From Lingula anatina (Eukaryota > Animalia > Brachiopoda), in NCBI GenBank assembly GCA_051362555.1, contig CM120641.1:40802401-40866400 (forward strand): a stretch of 64,000 nucleotides of DNA. The letters are read 5' to 3'. A program made the translations under genes and the position numbers. The notes below the pieces were generated by a model. The model did no database searches. It saw nothing but the letters and a program-made list of their open reading frames with translations, and was not told where the DNA came from. Of this stretch, positions 26,001 through 38,288 are shown in pieces (within the stretch, counting starts at the first letter, position 1; each line of letters opens with the position of its first letter).

Positions 26001-28713
26001 AGCGACGAGATCTGAATGACACAGAGCTGCGTGAGATTCTCTGTGAAGTTCTCCCATATGTGCGCATGGGGCACATAATTCCTCCAAACAACGACGTGCT
26101 GAATGGTGCCATTAAGCGTGGCCTAGTTAGTGTCCCTCCTTCTCACATGATAGGGGACGACGTAGGCAGCAACTACAACCGGATGTGTTCGTGGATCAGG
26201 GGGAAGAATAGCGGAATGTTTATGAAACCGAGGTTTTTCACACCCTACTTTGAAGAGGCCAAGGTAAGCTTTAACAAGCAAAGTAGTAAAAAATCTCTTT
26301 GGGAAGTATCAACAGCTTTACCCCATCTATATCTTTAGTGAATATTAAGAAGGCTTTGTTTTTGAGAAAGGGCAATTTTTGCTTGCATGTCATATTCTTG
26401 TGCAGTTTATTACATGATAGTACTTAACATCTGTTCTCAATGTGCACGACAGTCCATTTTATTTATGACTTTTATACATGCATTAATCTAAGCATGGTGT
26501 AAAAGCAGAGTTGAGATGATCATTTAAGATGAGAAATACAGAAAAACAATTCACATGGCACTTCAAATCTTTGCATAATTTTTTAAAATCTTTTCTTATT
26601 TAGTCTCTGCTGGATGAGCATACTGCCCAGTTACAAGATAATGAGATGGCTCGTCTCCGCTTGGTCCATATGTCCTCTATCCCAGACACACTGTACATGG
26701 TGGACGACAGGGCGTCCTGCCCACCCTCGCCATTCCCCATCCACCACCCTGTGTATGCTGCTGCCACTGTCGATATCATTGCAGGCACTATTCCAGGTAT
26801 GAGAACATCTCAGTATAGACTGAGAATAGATATACACTCGACCACAAAAGTTCAGAAACATGAAATTGTTTTTCAATAATTTAAAAAATATGTAATAGGG
26901 AAATCTTAGTGTATATATGAAAGGTTTTGAATGGTGGGTGCATTATCTTTCATTATTTGGTTAAAGTATTTACCTTAGCTCAAATGGTTATTTTATGATT
27001 ATTCAAAATAACAATGTTTCTGAACCTTTTTTCGGAGAGTGTCTAATGACTATGTAATGTAAGCTGCTTTGTTAAGTATGCGGAATTTCTCTCGGGGATG
27101 AAGTGTTAGTGTTTTTTTCTGTTAAATCCTGTGTACGTGACGTTAGTTGCCATACCAGTCTATTTGATCCAGGGTAGGAAATTCCAAATACATTGCCATC
27201 TGTCAAACATTGTTTGTCAGACTTATTCAGTGGATGTTTGCATAAATGTTTGATTTAAACTGTTCTACGGACTTACTTCTGACATGGTAATGATTTATGG
27301 ACTAGGTGTACATAGCTGTCAACAGAGATATTGACCTATCTAAACTCTATAGAGATGGCCGTATGAGGCTGAGAACTGTTGATGGATGACATGGCACCAT
27401 ATAGGTGTCAATAATGAACACATTAATCACAGAGATATCATTAATGAGGCCCTAGAAACAAAATGTCTCAAATAATGTTTCTGCTATATTGAATGTTTTA
27501 CAGCATTTGATAATTGTCAAAAATTCTATTTTCACCTTGATTTAGTTCCAAACCGTGAAACCATTGGGCTCATGGTGAAAAGAGAACAGGAGATACAGCA
27601 AAGCCGCCTAGTTCAGAAGGCCTACTCCCTTCCCTGTACAGACCGCAGGGCTGTCAACCACCAAATTCAGCTGAGGGTCGTCAGAGAATTTGGACTTCCA
27701 GATTCAGCAGTTGAAATATTACAGCATCCCTACAGGTAAATACGTCTTTTGACTGAAATTGTGTCCCTGTTTAAAAATGATTTTAAAAGCTTTTAAAAGC
27801 AAGCAAACATTAAAACCACTGCAAAAAGATTGTATATTTTGAAGTACTTAAAATATCATTAAAATGTAAAAAATTGAAATTGATTTGTGTGGATTTTGAA
27901 ATATTCAGATTAATGTATTACATGATTTCAAATCTAATTATTTGATAATAACATAATTGATTTTACTTGCACCATTTAATTCTAAGTTTAAGTGCACTGA
28001 TAGTTGCACTGCCCCATCTCATGTATGCCATATATATTGACTTTTGACAGGTTCCAAATGGATGAAGCCTCCAGAGGAGATGCCCTTCCAGGAACCCCCA
28101 GAATATCTAGTCTACCCCATCGCCGACTGAAGCAAGTCACACCTCCGTCTCCGCTTATGGGAGCTTCCAGTTGGTCATACAGTCCAAGGTCCTACAGCCC
28201 AAGATCCTATAGCCCAGTTGAGGTAAGAGAAAGAGCACATTTTATCTTTAATATGGAAGATTTGCCTTCAGAATAATAGATGAGAAGGTGGGGCAATATT
28301 GATCACATTTAGTGATAGTTTCAGTTTCACTTCATCCGTTAAGTATCCTTGTCTGAAATTTCCATTTTAAATCTGAAAACACAGGCCCTTATAAAAGTTA
28401 TATTTAAAACTGATTTTCTCCATGCCCAGTGAGTACAGAACTTTCTTTTTTCCAGAAGGAGGCCAGCAATGGCAGCGACAGCGTCCTCAGTGACATCATG
28501 CCAGATATTGCCATGGCAACTGGAGCTGTAGCCCAGATGGCTCTTCACCCGGATCCTGAACCCCCACAAGGTGCACATGCAGAGAGCAGCCCCAGGGGAG
28601 GGGCACGTGGTGGGGAAGCGAAACCAGATCTTCGGGAGAATGAAGGGAGTCCCCGAGGCGAGATGAAACTTGACTTGGGAGATGGAAGTCACTGTGGTAC
28701 TATGTACATATAA
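20052..28713 (+). CDS. BTBD7: BTB/POZ domain-containing protein 7, ~852 aa
   Basis: Exons 20052-21198, 23740-23948, 24674-24749, 25950-26263, 26604-26796, 27546-27735, 28051-28222, 28456-28713 sum to 2559 nt in frame. MGANIS start, two BTB domains (CTDVDLIYRGTCFPVHRAILSARCPFF; CHKAILAARSPFF), BACK region (WSSEPHGSQWVHRQALHFL) and EPNLLSHTAHSVTKKGVKRRDL are typical of BTBD7. Confidence 0.95.
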
Positions 28714-30348
28714 ACTATTGTGAGGCAGCAGTTTAAGTTACTTCATATTCATGAGGCATATTTTGACATTTATACGTCATTTCATTCAAACGATATTTTT
28801 TTTGACCAATTTTTTTTTTTTTGTAAGATGCAGCAAATGCAATTTTCTCAAGATCAAACAGTTGTGGTTTCATTTTTGAGACTTAGAATTTTTTAGGACC
28901 ACTCCTTAATTTTACCATTAATGAAATTAATGGGTTGAGTTTTATGATCACAGTTTTACATGTTCAACTGTTCTTATTGTTTGATTGAAAAACAAGTGGA
29001 ACTGACCCAAATGATGGTTGTGTTAGTTTCAAAATACAGTTATTTCCTTAATCAAAAACCAATCCCTCTAAATCTGGCTTAAAAAATTTTTAAGATGGAG
29101 GAAATCTCTCAGTGCTAAAGAATTTTTTTTGATGAACTTAATCTGTACTCGCATAAGCACACAAAAGTTTCACAAAAATGCTTTCAGTAATTTGGATGGT
29201 AAAATAAAATTTCAGTTTTGCTTATTGTTTTTGCTTTAAAATTGGACTAATTATACCCTCAGCTATACAAAAATAATGTTAGATTGATTCTTGCTTATAT
29301 TCATATCCACCCATTCAAAGGAATAACTTTAGAGAATGTGATAAGTTTTATAAACCAACACTCAGCTGCATCAGATGAGTGAACCACTACTTATTGTTAC
29401 ATGTACAGGAATACATTACTCCAATCAACTGGATATAACGGGTTATATATATTTACTGTCGGCACTCATTTGGCAATCTGTATATGCTGCACTGTTCACT
29501 TGCTACGTGCCACTTACTTAGGCGGTCTTTTGTCTCCTGTCTGTCTTAAAAAAGTATTTATGATTTTTTGCAGCATTTTAATCAGGCATTATGCTGGAAA
29601 TGACGTCCACAATAGGATAGGATTTATACACTATTTTATTAGCATTACAATACTTAATTCAGCAGCTTGAGTGGAATATTATTTGTGCAGATGAATATGA
29701 CATATCAGGTACAAGTTTTCTATTATTTGACTAGTCATGGTATTGGGCAATATGTATACAGATTTGATAAATGTGCTAAACTGAGGTGATCTGTTAGCTG
29801 CTCCAAAAAGTATGTCAACGTTTGAATCGTAGAGTAATTTCCTCTGCAGTTGGAATGAAAGCATTGCTATTGTAAATAATCGATGCAGATACTGCATCTT
29901 TCCATATTTTTGTAAAAGTAATGTAAGCTGTTGTGAAGCAGTATTGTGTGATAGCTTCAATGGTACTCGATAAACAATAAAGCTACTATGATAAACAATT
30001 TGGTTTTTATTCCATGCCCAAATAATACAAGCTGTTGCAAAAGTACAGTTTGGTGAGTCATCATCACCTGCTAGACATCATTTTTTCCATAATCAAAGTT
30101 GTAGAATTACTATTTAAATTGCCCTTATCCTTTTTGCATCGGAACTGAATGAGAACTGGCTTGACAATACAACATGTATCTTTTTTTTTCCAAATGGATA
30201 AAAATGGACCTCCATGATGTTTGTTTTGCAAATAGATATTCTTTGTTTCAAAGACTGATTTTGAACAAACAAGACGATCTGTCCTAAAGATGGCAGAAGA
30301 CTCTGAGGAGTAACATGGACAAAATGTGTACTTCCATAAAAATTTTCC

Positions 30349-30380
<32 letters not shown>

Positions 30381-31020
30381 CATATAGCCCAGCTATTTGT
30401 TTTCAAAACATATATATAAGCAACTAACACTGTACACTTAAATCATAGGAATGCCTTAAGCACAATTTTCTTATATTTCTGAGACAAAGTATTTACTGGA
30501 ATATAAATATCTAAATAAATAAGCATGTTATGACGTGAATAACTTTTTACCATTTATACACAGCAATTGTTTTCAATTTAATTCTATGGTCGGCTTTGTC
30601 AACTGATTGCTGCCATATAAACCTTAAAGCCTGGTTAATAATACCTTTCAAATGTTTAAACTAGAAAAGTTGTGGCCCTTACATTGATAATAATGATATG
30701 TCCCAGCAGTGTCACACAAGAAAAGCTGTCACTATTACAATCCCATGCATTCATCCCCGAAAACACCTTGTGCTGGTTACAGTTTATCAAACAAACAAAT
30801 ATATGAACATTATCAGATATTGAACAGTGTACAAATATAATGATACTCATAAAATTTGCAGTGCCTTGTTTCTTGAAACCTGCTGTTTGTATTAGCAAAT
30901 CTAAAGGAGCTCAATATCTGTCTCAAAATTGATAATTAGTTATGTATATTCCTATAAATATTATGAAATAATCATTTTGTCTTTTGTACATGAAATGAAC
31001 GGCTGCTTCTGTGAGTCTAT

Positions 31021-31286
31021 GGGAGCGTTCCTATAAACCTCTCATACTAGTTGGATTGCTCTAACTCTGCGGGAATTCTCGCTAAATTGCATTCAGTGTA
31101 AATGGCTTAAATGTCTGGCATGCCTACTCGAGCTGATAGGGGGTAATTAACAATAGTCAATTATTCCCTAGTTACTCAACGGGCTCTGCCAGACAAGCAA
31201 AATGATAATACTGAAAGCACAATAGTAAGAAGCCCCACAGAATTAGATTGATCCAGCTAGTATGATGGGTTTATGGGAACACAGTC
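31021..31286. mobile_element. Foldback/MITE element in the presenilin 3' UTR
   Basis: ~30-bp imperfect TIRs (GTTCCTATAAACCTCTCATACTAGTTGGAT versus reverse-complemented GTTCCCATAAACCCATCATACTAGCTGGAT), internal dyad symmetry around AGGGGGTAATTAA...TCAATTATTCCCT, and similarity to 9096-9320. Confidence 0.7.
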
Positions 31287-31315
31287 TATGATGCATGGAG
31301 ATAAGGTTCCTGCTG

Positions 31316-34300
31316 CTATATGTACACTTGTGCTCCTGAGAGACTGTCTGCAAATGGCTTCACCAAAAGTCTTGTGGTGAAATAGAACACAATACCGAAC
31401 AATATAGATATTGGGAGAGCTGGCAGAGCTTTCTTGAAAACTGCCAGCAAAATCAGTGTGAAAGACAGGCCCTGAAACGAAGGAAAGCATCATATGCAAG
31501 ATGGGCATTTCTCAAATCAAACTTAATCACAAATTTAACCTTTTTGATAATTTCATTTGTAGGATGCTAATTAGTAAGAAATCATTTTTTTAAAATTCAG
31601 TCCACTTCAATGAGGTAACTGAGAAAAGACTTTAATCACTTACTATTAATATTGCAACAAAGCAAGCTAGTGTTGTGTTCCAGTCTCCATAAGAAGACGC
31701 TTTGCCAACAAGAATACTGTAGAATATAAAGTCTCCCAATCCCAGCTTCACTCCACCTGAAGAGACAGAAAAATCCATATCAAACATCTACAATAATATC
31801 ATTCCAACATGGATACAATAAATAAATCTTGGGAGTTTACATATAATCAACTACTCATGTCCCAATATAACGCAATTTTGAAACTGCAAAGCACTAGAAA
31901 AATAATTTAATAAAATAATATAATTTAAATAAAAATTCATTCCTTCTCCGTGGATTCCCAATAAATATTAGACCAGGCCCCAATCCACAAACATACTAAG
32001 TCAGTTGTAATGTTGAAATCTTAGCTGCCACACATACATCTGACAAAGAATCTAAAATGCCCACTGATCCCTTTTTTCCACCTGTGAACAAAATCCCTCA
32101 AGCAAATTTTACTCCTATTGAGAGAGATTTTTCCTATAACTGGTCCATTAGCCCATTTATGTACGTCAAATGCACTCTGCATGCCTAAACCATCATTTGA
32201 AACTCTTACACCATTACTGTGAACTTCTGAGTAGAGGGCTATTCAGTTTTAGCTATGAAACATACCTCATTTCATACATTTCAATTTTTTGATATATTTA
32301 AATGTCATTGATGTCCTTCTTAAAATGATATTTTTCATTATTCTATGTGTAGCATCCAACTTTTATTTAAAAAAATTATTATTATAATCATCATTATTTT
32401 ACGATGCTTACGTTCTTCTTCTTCCTCCTCTGAAGGCTGTTGTGCTGCAGGCCTTGCTGGTCTCTCACTGTTCTGACCAATATTGGCTACTGCTGTGCGT
32501 GCTCTTTGAGATTCTGTGCTTACACTCGACTCTGTTCGTCTATGGTCATCTGATGTCTGTTGGTTCTGCCAGTTCAGATACTGGTTATTTCTTTCCTGTG
32601 AACGTTCTTGGGATTCGTTGGACCAGTTGGTAAATCCACCCTCATCGTCATCTCCAAATGTGGCATTTGAACCATTTGCAGAATTTTGCTCAAGAGGTGC
32701 TATTTGTTTGAAGTAAATAAAAGAAAAAAAAAACAATCAACCAATCGGATCTTATAAGCACCAAGTAGCCTGACAAGGAGTAAGAACTTAACAGTTAAGA
32801 AATCAGTGCCTCAGTTACACTAAACCACTCACTTTCAGTGAAAAAAAAAAACAAGTTAGCAAGTACTCTCAGAGAAATTAAACTTACCGGTAGAATCCCC
32901 TGAATTAGTTTTCGTCTTCTTTTTCTTCTTCTTTTTCTTCTTGCTGTCATCTGGATTGCTATCTGCCATTGTGGTGGTCCAAGCCATGGTGGCTGGAAAA
33001 AGTATACTTAAACTATTATCTTAATATTTCCTTTAAAGTTACAGTTTTTCATAGAGTTGTGTTGCTGTCAACTGAACAGAGTAGGATCCACAGGTTTACA
33101 ATATATGAAACTTAAAATCCTGGAGTTCTGTTTTCTCCTTGAAATGTAATTACTTGATTAAATGTTTTGGATGCATTGGTTCACTGTGTGTGTGATATCT
33201 ATCATTTTATTCTTGTGCTTATGATTTTCTTGTAAAGAATTCTAAATGCCAAATACCTTGCTGTGCATAGCCCTAAGTATATTATTTTGTATCCAAGGTT
33301 ACAACTATTCTTACTTTGTTAATTATAAGATCAGAGGGACAATTTATCATTGTGTGCAACCTACATTGCATAATCTTATCTATTTTAAATACATCCATTT
33401 CATCTGACAATAGAACTAATAAAACTAAAAACTGTCACTTACACGAATAAATAAGGGCTGGAAACAAGGATTCATTTCTCTCATGAGCTGTCTCCACCAG
33501 TATTCTCAAGGGACCTTTGGGGCACAACACTGCCACAAGATCTAAAACACAAACAAATCCTTGCCAACTTTTTATCCAACAGGCTTTGATGGGCAGAACA
33601 AAAATATGCATGCACAATAAATGCATAGTGCAGCTGACAACAGGCTACAGTTTTCCACGTTCTTTAATCTCCATTCAGTATTTTCCGAAAAGATTTTCTT
33701 ATAATCTATGTTCCACACCACAAGTCACAAACTCAAAAACAGTTCAACACAAAATAGTACTCTTTTTAAAATCTATGACAATATTTTGGCACTAGGTCAT
33801 ACTTCACTGACCCCAGATGGAAAGCATCCCCAGGACTGTCCAAACTGTCCACTCTGGCAGGTACTTGATAAAGGTGAGTGCTGTGAGAGCACACACCACG
33901 ATGAGGTAGGCTTGTTGTAGACGTAGTGGTCCCTTCCAGTGAATGCACACCATACCCATAACACCAAAATTCCACAAGCATATGGCCAGTGTTAGATAAT
34001 CCATGGGGACATTGCAGGCTCGGAGAAGTTCACTGAAATTGACATACAGATGGGATGTCTCATCAATGGTGTTATAGCGTAATGATTGATATTTACCTTA
34101 TATACCCTTCTGCCTATTAATTCTTTCAAAAGTACAAGCAAGATCTGTTACATTGTTAATGCTTGTATATTTTTAAAATCTTTTTAATAACATTCATCTT
34201 TTTAATAACTGTATTTATTTAATTTACTCAAAGTTTCAGAGATGATGCTTGTTGCCTTCTTATTTATCACATTTTTACAAATGCATGCAAGCAGCCCCTC

Positions 34301-36510
34301 AATGGTATAGTGAAACAGAAACCATACTGTTAAGGAGTTATGAAAATAAAGAAGCTGATACGTAATAATCTAAAGCTCATAGTAAATGCCATCTACTGCC
34401 AACCAGGTTCTTTTCTTTTCAACATGCTAGGCAAAAATGATGATTTAACAAAGATTTTCTCTATAAACAGAGTAAACTTACCCTAGGTAAATGTAGGCAA
34501 AGAAGAAGAGCAGTAACAGTGAGGAGAAGATCAACCAGCCATGTATGAACTGAAATTATATAAAACATGGGCATAATACCAAGCAAGAGTTCAAGGACTA
34601 CATTCATTTTCAATTATATTGTTTCTTTATTTATATGCTATAACAATTTTAAAGTTTTCATAATTCATAAAAACCAAAGACAGGAGGTGAACCTAGAGAG
34701 TAATACCCAGGGCAAAATTAAACGTTAAGTTCTTCATGTATGAATTGTGTCACTGATATCGACTGAACACTGTAGGAGATAGCTGAACAAAATTTCATAG
34801 CACTAAAACAGCAAATAACATTTTCTTTATCATTTTACTTATTTAAACTATTTATGAAAAATTTAATTAAACAAAAAATAATTTAAAATGTAAAATCACA
34901 AGAAAAATACCACAGAACCCAATACGTTAAGGGTTTTACAAGATACAGTTTTGTAGAATTTGAGCAATATCGTACAGGTCTACAGACAGGCAAACTCACT
35001 GATTCTATTTCTGGTATACTCTGTGCAGAGTGGAAAAGTTTAGACATATAACCTTGAACTTATTAATGTACCTACCTTGTAGCATCTATACTTGTAAAGA
35101 ACCACAAGAAAAACTGTAAGTACAACCACAACTCCCAGCAAAATGAAAGCATTAGCAAAGGACTGCCACACTAAGGTGCCTTCATCATCTGTATCATCAT
35201 GAAATGGGGTGTAGATGCTGAAAATGAGAACAAAAACCCTTACAAATGATTTCACTATAATATGATATTTTTGCAACAAAGTTCCAAATTCCTAATAATA
35301 AGATGAAGTTCAAAATGTTCTGAACACAAACTGAACATTTTGAAAATTGTAGGAAAGATTCTGTCACAGTTATATTATGAAGAGAGTCGACAAATTAATT
35401 TAATTAATACATAAAGTCAAGACAGCCAAAGAGGAGTAACAACATAAGTGATTTGACAAAACTGATACAAATTTAAATACCTGTTGATACTAAATGAACA
35501 CTCAAATAGCAAAAGGATATCTTGCAAAAAGACAATATGACACAAATGTGCAACACAAACAACTTGACTGTAGGCAAATGAGTGGAGGTGTTGCGGGGTT
35601 TGAACAAGCCACCCTTCAGACCTTAAATATTGATCTAGTTTCTATGCTGTTATGGTAAAAAAGGCCCCCATTTGAGATAAAGACCAACACTTTTAAAATT
35701 GCTGGCTACAGGTCTGTTTAACTTTTAAATTGACAATAAATGAACCCAAATTAGATTTTGATACACTTACAGGTACCCTTGTGGTGTTGTGTAATATGTC
35801 ACAGAGCTCACAGTGACCACAACTACCAACATACAGATAGTGACTGGAACAAACACCATGATCACGTGCTTGGCGCCATATTTCAAGGTCTCTTCTTCCT
35901 CCTCTGTGTCGGAGTCTTCTGTTCTTCGAGCAGCTCTCCTCTCTGCCTCACCACTAGTTGGCCTGTCAGTGGTATCTGCATGATCCTGTAAGTATCATTG
36001 TATCATTATTTAAGAATTTGTGTGAAGTCAATAAAAACTTTGCTTATCAGAAATATTATATTTTTCCTTGTTATTTTATTGTTTTATTGACAGTTCTTAA
36101 AATAATTTAGATGTTTTGTAAGACGCAATGATATTTTAATGAAATTTATCATTTATTATATTATTATTATTGTTATTACTATCATTATTATCTACAACTA
36201 TTTTTCACTTTCAGTTTTCAACCCTGTCAATCCTCCCAAATACTTTCCTCCACGTTTTCTTTTTGCCTTATCAGGAAAACAAATGATGTCACCAACAGGA
36301 AACATGCCAAGTTTCAAGTTAAAAATAACATTCATGTCCTTTTCCACAAAGCGTAATACTTTCTATTTAGACCTTATTTCTTGTCCATACTGAACACAGA
36401 AATACCTGCACAGAGCTGCTCCTTAACCTGGCAGCATCCCTGGGTAACACTTCCGTTTGGGTCGACATCAGTTTACTTCTTTCATCAAAGCTGTCTTCTT
36501 CGTCACTCAT
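31316..36510 (-). CDS. PSEN: Presenilin (gamma-secretase catalytic subunit), ~503 aa
   Basis: Exons 36510-36406, 35985-35771, 35217-35076, 34549-34482, 34032-33812, 33541-33443, 32992-32888, 32699-32412, 31756-31644, 31471-31316 sum to 1512 nt in frame. Motifs LKYGAKHVI, catalytic [16 protein letters not shown] and [23 protein letters not shown], and C-terminal QVYI. Confidence 0.97.
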
Positions 36511-37384
36511 GAATTCCTCAGAGTTTTCAGTTACTAGAGATGTTAAAGAAAGTTCTCCTTAAGAAATAAAAAGAAAAAAGAAGTTTCAGCTTAATCACTT
36601 GATTTCTGTAAGACTCAAACTAAAATACTAAGCCAACCAAGTGCATCTTGATATTGATGTTTCAAGACTGCATACTGGTAAGTGTGGAAGAACTACCTAG
36701 GTAGAGACAACACCTAGGCACTGGAAATATGCAAAGCTGTGACAATGTTCGTCTGAATAATTATGCTCTTGCACTTTCAATTGCAGTTTATTATATTTGC
36801 TTTAGAGTTCGACTCTGAACTTGATAATCTTATCTAACATTCACCGACAAGACTTGGTGTCGCAGTCCAAAAAGTGTCATTTTAAACCCTTACCTCTCAC
36901 TTTTTACACTATAATTAATATGCAATAAGCAAATAAAAGAGCAAGAGTGTGATAAATTTGGACGAACCGAGGATTTGGAAAGAGTGACTCATTCGGGTGG
37001 AAGAATGAAGTAGTTTTCATATCCCGACTAGAATCGTTAACTCACACCATCAAGTTTCGAAATATAAGTGTGGTGTTATAATGTTTTTGTACCACACCAA
37101 TCAAACACTGTCGGCTAATACAAAACAATCCACGCGAGTTCTGGGGATTTTCAATACTTCCTTAATTGACACTGCTCAGCATCCGTCAAGTCGCTTTTGT
37201 TGTAAACAAAGGCAATGACTCTCTACTTGTTCAACTTAGATAAAACAGTTAACTATCGATTAACATTTACGATCAGTCTTGCTATTCGCTCTACAAACTT
37301 TTCGTTATGTTCGATCTGTACTTACAAGGGAATTTCTCTTCAAACCTAACACAACCGATGCTCGTTCTTTGCACCGTGAATGTG

Positions 37385-37422
37385 TCCAAGATGGCAACCG
37401 ATTCACTTCCGCTTACGTCACT
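37385..37422. promoter_or_regulatory. Putative presenilin core promoter (YY1/ETS/CRE cluster)
   Basis: CAAGATGGC (37387-37395), CACTTCCGC (37404-37412) and TTACGTCA (37413-37420) are adjacent, upstream of a probable 5' UTR donor GTGAGT (- strand, 37025-37020). Confidence 0.5.
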
Positions 37423-37499
37423 CCTAGGAATAACTACCCCTTGTCCCCGCCAGTTACAAATCCTCTTACAGGTGAATACCCCCCCTCCCCCCCCCCCAA

Positions 37500-37600
<101 letters not shown>

Positions 37601-38195
37601 CCTATATGACGGATATGCGGACTTACTGTGCCAATTTCTGAAGGGAGAATAAGGCAGACAGTAGTAAACTGAGTAATGAAAAGAGCACTGAAGGAGGCCC
37701 TATGGTGAAGACTGGACTGAATTGAATTTTAAATCTTTTTACTGATGCAGTTTGTATTTTGATATTCTGATACGGTGCATGCTTTTTTAAAAGTTTTTTT
37801 TAACTGCTTCACCCCAGTCACAATAGGCCTAATGGAATTAATTATAACATTTTATTTAGGGTCTCTGTATATGAATATTTTTTTATACACAATAACCTGT
37901 AAACGACTTCTCTGCTACTGTACGACATACTGACCCCAGCCGTGACCCGTAGCTACCCTCTACCAGGGCGACAAATTGATTTTTTACAAGATATTCACAG
38001 ATAATGTCTTTAGATAAATAGACAGTCATTTCATGCTTTTTCAAGATTTCCCTGTAATATCTGCCAACCTGTTAGTGGGTAACCCTTAGCCGACATTTCA
38101 TATACAGGATTGTAGGGGCCTACAGAGTGAAAAAACCAAAATTCGTTTCAGAGAATATTTAAGTCTTTTTGGCCATTTTATTTTAATTAAGATAT

Positions 38196-38288
38196 TAGTG
38201 GCGGATTTAGGGAGGGGGGGGGGGTCAGGGGGGTCCTGTCAATCCTAAAAACCGGACCCCCCTTCTAATAATCCTGGAACCGCCCCTG
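38196..38288. mobile_element. Short hAT-like MITE remnant
   Basis: Termini TAGTGGCGGATTTAGG and CCTGGAACCGCCCCTG are imperfect inverted repeats, with an internal GGGGGGTCC/GGACCCCCC stem. No clear TSD. Confidence 0.65.

Noticed and set aside
28507-28520. Near-perfect X-box ATTGCCATGGCAAC
   Set aside because: Lies in BTBD7 coding sequence (IAMAT) and is explained by codon constraints.
35570-35716. Possible hAT-MITE remnant ending CTGGCTACAGGTCTG (similar end near 61428-61442)
   Set aside because: Only one recognisable terminus and no TSD, too degenerate to call.
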